A stretch of DNA of 64,000 bases, from the NCBI GenBank assembly GCA_020344015.1, contig CP070812.1:2385002-2449001 (forward strand), in the 5' to 3' direction. The DNA comes from Gemmatimonadota bacterium. Lineage in GTDB: Bacteria; Gemmatimonadota; Gemmatimonadetes; Palauibacterales; KS3-K002. Position numbers and translations under genes: made by a program. The notes beneath the pieces were generated by a model that worked only from the letters and a program-made list of their open reading frames with translations, was not told where the DNA came from and ran no database searches. Numbering within the stretch: the stretch's first letter is position 1; every line of letters begins with the position of its first letter. This document shows positions 59,995 to 64,000 of the stretch, piece by piece.

Positions 59995-60954
59995 TCAGCC
60001 ACCGGACTCCGCCACGACCCGAGCCGAGTCCGGATCGACGATGACTGTGATGAACGGGGCCGGCGGGGGGAGTAGGATCGGCAGGGGCTGACCCAGGTCG
60101 GCGGAGCCACGCAGCTCGACGTGCGGCGATAGCGCCTCGGCCCGGACCGCCTCCACGGCGCTCCGCGGTCCTGAGAGCCGGACGTCGACCAGCGACGGTT
60201 CGACCCTCAAGCCTTCCACGTCCGCGCCGCTGACGACCAACGGGATACCCGGGAAGACCCTTTCAGCCAATCGTTCGACCGAAACCGTCACGCTCACGCT
60301 GGTGGCCGAGAGCCCCACGAGCGCACTGGGATCGTCCAACACGAGCGGCACATCAACGCTGGTCGACTCACGCATCTCGGTGCCGGGCACTGGCGCGGTG
60401 GCGACAGACTCGATGGCACTCACTATGTCCTCCGGCCCGTCGAGCGCGACCATGTCGGGCTCGACGCGCACCGAGTCAGACATCACGTAGCCCTCCTCGA
60501 GGCTGAGGCGCGACATGTCCGGTACGACGGGCACGGTCTTGGTGCCCCTGAGCTGGAAATGGAGGAGGAAGCGATCGGGCTGCACGCGGATCGCGCTTAC
60601 TCCTTCCAGCGGCGCGCCACCTCTACCCGTCACCATGTCCGAAGTGAGGCGGACCTCCAGCAAATTGGAGTCTACGCTATCGATGGTGACGAGAAGCTGG
60701 GGACGAGCGACCGCCAACCGCGCCAGCTCGCCGACGCGACCGGTGAAATCGACCGTCACTTCCTGTATGCTCGGCTCGCGACTCGTTTCCACGTAGCGCC
60801 GGTCGCTGTTGACGATCAGGAGGTCGGCGGAATAGGGCCGCTCATCCACCCGGTCGGCGCTCACGGCAACCCAGAGGAAGAGCGAGAGGAGAACGGCTGT
60901 GAGCATGTACAGCCAGTTCCGCTTCAGGTTTGTACGCCAGTCTGCCATCGTCAC
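59995..60954 (-). CDS. YbbR/CdaR-like domain protein
   Basis: NW...AVLLSLFLWVAV anchor; repeated VEP..V.L.GP units. Confidence 0.8.
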   Translation of the reverse strand: MTMADWRTNLKRNWLYMLTAVLLSLFLWVAVSADRVDERPYSADLLIVNSDRRYVETSREPSIQEVTVDFTGRVGELARLAVARPQLLVTIDSVDSNLLEVRLTSDMVTGRGGAPLEGVSAIRVQPDRFLLHFQLRGTKTVPVVPDMSRLSLEEGYVMSDSVRVEPDMVALDGPEDIVSAIESVATAPVPGTEMRESTSVDVPLVLDDPSALVGLSATSVSVTVSVERLAERVFPGIPLVVSGADVEGLRVEPSLVDVRLSGPRSAVEAVRAEALSPHVELRGSADLGQPLPILLPPPAPFITVIVDPDSARVVAESGG

Positions 60955-61499
60955 ATCCTGAGTAGCTCTCTGATCAAGGCTTGATTCGCCTCGGAGTCCC
61001 AGTCGGTAGCCCCAATCAATCGCTTGATGATCCGGCCCTCGCGATCGAGGACGAAGGTCTCCGGAACGCCGACCGTCTGCAGGACACGGCCGATCCGGCT
61101 CTCGGGGTCGAGGAGTATGGGGAAATCGAGCTCGAACTCGCGAACGAACTCGTCCACTTTCTCTCTATAACCTGGTCCGGTGTCGATCGAGACAGCGAGA
61201 ACCGTAAAGCCCTGCTCGTTGAAACGGCTGTAGATGTTCTGGATCGGAGGCATCTCTACCCGGCAAGGTCCGCACCACGTTGCCCAGACATTGATCAGCA
61301 CGACTTCGCCCAGATGGTCTGCAAACGCGACCTCTTCGCCGGTCAAGCTCGGCGCGCTGTACTCCGGGACCTGGTCACCGACCTCAACGCCGCGGGCGTC
61401 GCCCGTGCAGCCCAGCGCCGCCAGGCCGCCGAGTGTGGCAGCGCACAGCGCTATGCCAGCCGCCGATCTGAAACCCGAACCAAGGCTAGGATCGCTCAT
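60951..61499 (-). CDS. TlpA/ResA-like thiol-disulfide oxidoreductase
   Basis: INVWATWCGPCRVEMP, GVPETFVLDREG. Confidence 0.93.
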   Translation of the reverse strand: MSDPSLGSGFRSAAGIALCAATLGGLAALGCTGDARGVEVGDQVPEYSAPSLTGEEVAFADHLGEVVLINVWATWCGPCRVEMPPIQNIYSRFNEQGFTVLAVSIDTGPGYREKVDEFVREFELDFPILLDPESRIGRVLQTVGVPETFVLDREGRIIKRLIGATDWDSEANQALIRELLRM

Positions 61500-62371
61500 T
61501 CGTTGCTCCCACTCGTCATCGTCGTGTCAGCTCGAACGCTCGCTGTGTCGGGCGGCGTCGTCGAGTCCACTGCCGGCGGCGGGGCGATGGCCACGGTGAC
61601 AGAAACGCGTGCGCCTCGCGCCACCTGCTCGCCGGCCACCGGCGACTGGCCCAAAACCGTGCCCGGCGCCGCCAGGCTGGCCGAGTCCTCCAACACCTCG
61701 CCGAGCCGCAACCCCAGCCGTCGCAGCGTGGCTTCCGCTTCCGCCACCGACTGCATCGCCAGATCGGGTATCTGCACGCTGCTCGCCCCGGCACTCACCA
61801 GAAGACGCACCGTACCCGGAAGGACGACCGGCGTACCGGGCGCGGGCCGCACGCCAACCACCTGCCCCACATCGGCGCTCGCGTCCAGCCGCGTCACCTC
61901 GACCTCGAAACCCGCCTGCAGCAGGATCATCTCCGCCTGCTCGCGGCTCAACCCCACGACGTCGGGCACGGGTCGCTCCGGTGGTCCGAGGCTGGTTGTG
62001 ACCCGCAGGGCTGATCCCGGTCGCGCCATCTGACCGGCCAGCGGCTCCTGGGCAACTACGGTTCCCAGCGGCTGGGCATGATGGATGGCAAGGGCCTCCT
62101 CCAAAGCGAGATCCTCTCGCTCGGTCCGCCGGCGCGCCTCCTCGACGGGCCGCCCAACGAGATCAGGCACGCGCCTCAGATCCGCGGCCACGTTGTGCGG
62201 CGGGAAGACGAAGAGCACCGCCACGAGATACCCGAGCAACAGACCGAACATAACCGCACCTGCGATTGTCACGACCAGGTGACGCGGAGACGTCACCCAC
62301 AGCCGCCATCCTGTCACACCGCGCTCGGCAGGGTCAGTCTCAGCCCAGTCGATGTCGGAGTCGTGCCGCAT
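61496..62371 (-). CDS. Membrane-anchored PASTA-domain protein (three PASTA repeats, no kinase)
   Basis: TM then VPDLVG, VPDVVG and IPDLAM repeats; ATG 62371 preferred as start. Confidence 0.88.
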   Translation of the reverse strand: MRHDSDIDWAETDPAERGVTGWRLWVTSPRHLVVTIAGAVMFGLLLGYLVAVLFVFPPHNVAADLRRVPDLVGRPVEEARRRTEREDLALEEALAIHHAQPLGTVVAQEPLAGQMARPGSALRVTTSLGPPERPVPDVVGLSREQAEMILLQAGFEVEVTRLDASADVGQVVGVRPAPGTPVVLPGTVRLLVSAGASSVQIPDLAMQSVAEAEATLRRLGLRLGEVLEDSASLAAPGTVLGQSPVAGEQVARGARVSVTVAIAPPPAVDSTTPPDTASVRADTTMTSGSNE

Positions 62372-63641
62372 ATGTTCCATCCATACCATGTCGTTGCGGC
62401 AGTATCCGCAACTCACCCTCAGCGCCGAGGAAATCCGAGCTCAGACGGCCCCCTGCCGGCGCCTCCAGTCCAAAGTCCACGTGCCTTTTCAAGAACGCCT
62501 CAACCTGCTCCTCGTTCTCCTCAGGTTCCAGCGAACAGGTCGCATAAACCAGCAACCCGCCCGGTGCCAACGCTTGTGCGGCAGCCTCGAGCAGGCGCTG
62601 TTGCAGGCCGGTCAAACTCTCGAGGTCCCCAACCTGTAGCCGCCACCGCCCATCGGGATGCCGGGCAAGCGTCCCGGTCCCCGTACACGGCGCGTCGAGG
62701 AGGAGGACCTCCGCACCGGAGAGCGGCGGCCGGGTCGAGTCCGCCCGCACAACGCGCAGCTGCGACAACGCGAGGCGGGACCTCGTCTCCAAGATCCGGG
62801 CGAGCCGGGGAGCGGCGACATCGAAGGCCAAGACCTGATGGCCGCGCGCCGCCAGTAGCGCCGCCTTGCCGCCGGGTGCCGCACAAAGATCGACGACACG
62901 ACTACCCGGGTCTAGTGCCATGTACTCGAGTACCGCCGCCGCTCCAGGATCTTGCACGATTGCCTGTACCAGATCCAAGGCCCGCCGCAGCTCACTCGCG
63001 TCAATCCGCAGCGAGCTTGGGGCCTGCGGAACCGGGTCGGCCCGGATCCCAACCCCCCGCAGCCGCCGGAGCGCTTCCTCCGGCCGATCGACTACCGACA
63101 GGTGAACCGCCGGCCGAGTGTTGTTGTACTCCACGAGCTGCTCGACCTCATCGAGCGGCGCTCGCGCCAGCCAGCGCTCCACCAACCAGCGGGGGTGCGA
63201 GCCCCAGGTCGCGAAGTAGCCGACAGGGTCGCTTTCCCGCTCTGGAAAACGGAACCCATCGGCGTACTGTCGGTTAACGCGGCGCAGCACTGCATTCGTC
63301 AGCGAGCCAGCACCCCGACCGGCGCTGGCCTTTGCCAACTCCACCGCGTCCGAGACAGCGGCGTACGCCGGCACGCGATCGAGCTCCAGCAGCTGGTACA
63401 CGCCCAACCTGATGATGTCTACGACATCGCTGTCCAGTCGCCCCAAGCCGCCCTTGACGAGTGGGGCGAGCAGGTGATCGAGGCGCCCGCGCAAGCGCAG
63501 CACCCCGTAGGCCAGCTCCTGGGTCAGACGGCGGTCCGCCTCCCCCAAGCCGTCGACGCAGCTTTCGAAAGCGCGATCAGCCAGGACGCCGCGGCGCACG
63601 GCACGCAGGACTTCCAGAGCCGCCGAGCGCGCCGGAGCCAC
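62340..63641 (-). CDS. rsmB: 16S rRNA m5C967 methyltransferase
   Basis: NusB-like N-domain, SHPRWL, DLCAAPGGK, DAPCTGTG, YATCS. Confidence 0.95.
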   Translation of the reverse strand: MAPARSAALEVLRAVRRGVLADRAFESCVDGLGEADRRLTQELAYGVLRLRGRLDHLLAPLVKGGLGRLDSDVVDIIRLGVYQLLELDRVPAYAAVSDAVELAKASAGRGAGSLTNAVLRRVNRQYADGFRFPERESDPVGYFATWGSHPRWLVERWLARAPLDEVEQLVEYNNTRPAVHLSVVDRPEEALRRLRGVGIRADPVPQAPSSLRIDASELRRALDLVQAIVQDPGAAAVLEYMALDPGSRVVDLCAAPGGKAALLAARGHQVLAFDVAAPRLARILETRSRLALSQLRVVRADSTRPPLSGAEVLLLDAPCTGTGTLARHPDGRWRLQVGDLESLTGLQQRLLEAAAQALAPGGLLVYATCSLEPEENEEQVEAFLKRHVDFGLEAPAGGRLSSDFLGAEGELRILPQRHGMDGTYAARLRHRLG

Positions 63642-63668
63642 TCTCGCTGTTTTAGTCAGCTTCGGTCC

Positions 63669-64000
63669 TCAGTCGAGCATACCCGCCGTGGGGCTAGATG
63701 GCGTGGCCTGCTCGCGCTTAGGCATTCGACCCGCCAGGTAAGCCAGTCTCCCCGACTCGGTCGCGTACCTCATCGCTAGGGCCATGCGGACGGGATCCTT
63801 GGCCGCCGCGACGGCGGTATTCATGAGAATCCCGTCGACACCTTGTTCCATGGTCACACAGGCATCGGAGGCCGTCCCCACACCGGCATCAACGATGACC
63901 GGCACACTCACTCGGCTCTTGATCAGCCGAACGTTGAAGGGGTTGAGTAGGCCGAGCCCGCTGCCGATCGGCGAAGCGAGAGGCATCACCGCGGCGACGC
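63669..64000 (-). CDS. thiG: Thiazole synthase, 5' part outside the window
   Basis: [42 protein letters not shown]...SSP. Confidence 0.95.
   Translation of the reverse strand, partial: VAAVMPLASPIGSGLGLLNPFNVRLIKSRVSVPVIVDAGVGTASDACVTMEQGVDGILMNTAVAAAKDPVRMALAMRYATESGRLAYLAGRMPKREQATPSSPTAGMLD

Overview
High-GC bacterial chromosomal segment. Gene content and order suggest Gemmatimonadota; this is inferred from the genes, not from a marker-gene search. About 59 mostly housekeeping or envelope genes are present. These include partial mrp and a nifU-like gene; a lone Wzc-type tyrosine autokinase; and a lepA-GT9-ROK-PfkB run ending in a STAS-like/GHKL plus STAS-like/wHTH gene pair. Next come a lipoprotein plus beta-barrel pair, DUF72/M28, DUF58-BatA-mfd-PPIase-surA-pdxA-ftsEX-envC-holB-moaC, two convergent lytic transglycosylases and guaB. 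The rest comprises a PspB-like/YbjN/PspA/AI-2E/acpS module, a patch of small accessory genes, uvrA, htpX, tamAB-like genes, lgt, tsaD, a YbbR-like gene, TlpA, a PASTA protein, rsmB and partial thiG. I found no rRNA, tRNA, CRISPR array, transposase or integrase. The most notable unexplained signals are (i) a ~200-nt, two-conformation structured leader upstream of the SLT gene plus a ~170-nt inverted repeat downstream of it, (ii) the putative partner-switching STAS/GHKL/wHTH pair converging on the orphan tyrosine kinase, and (iii) a CTG-initiated AI-2E gene coupled to pspA. All family assignments come from motif recognition by eye; no database search or folding program was run.
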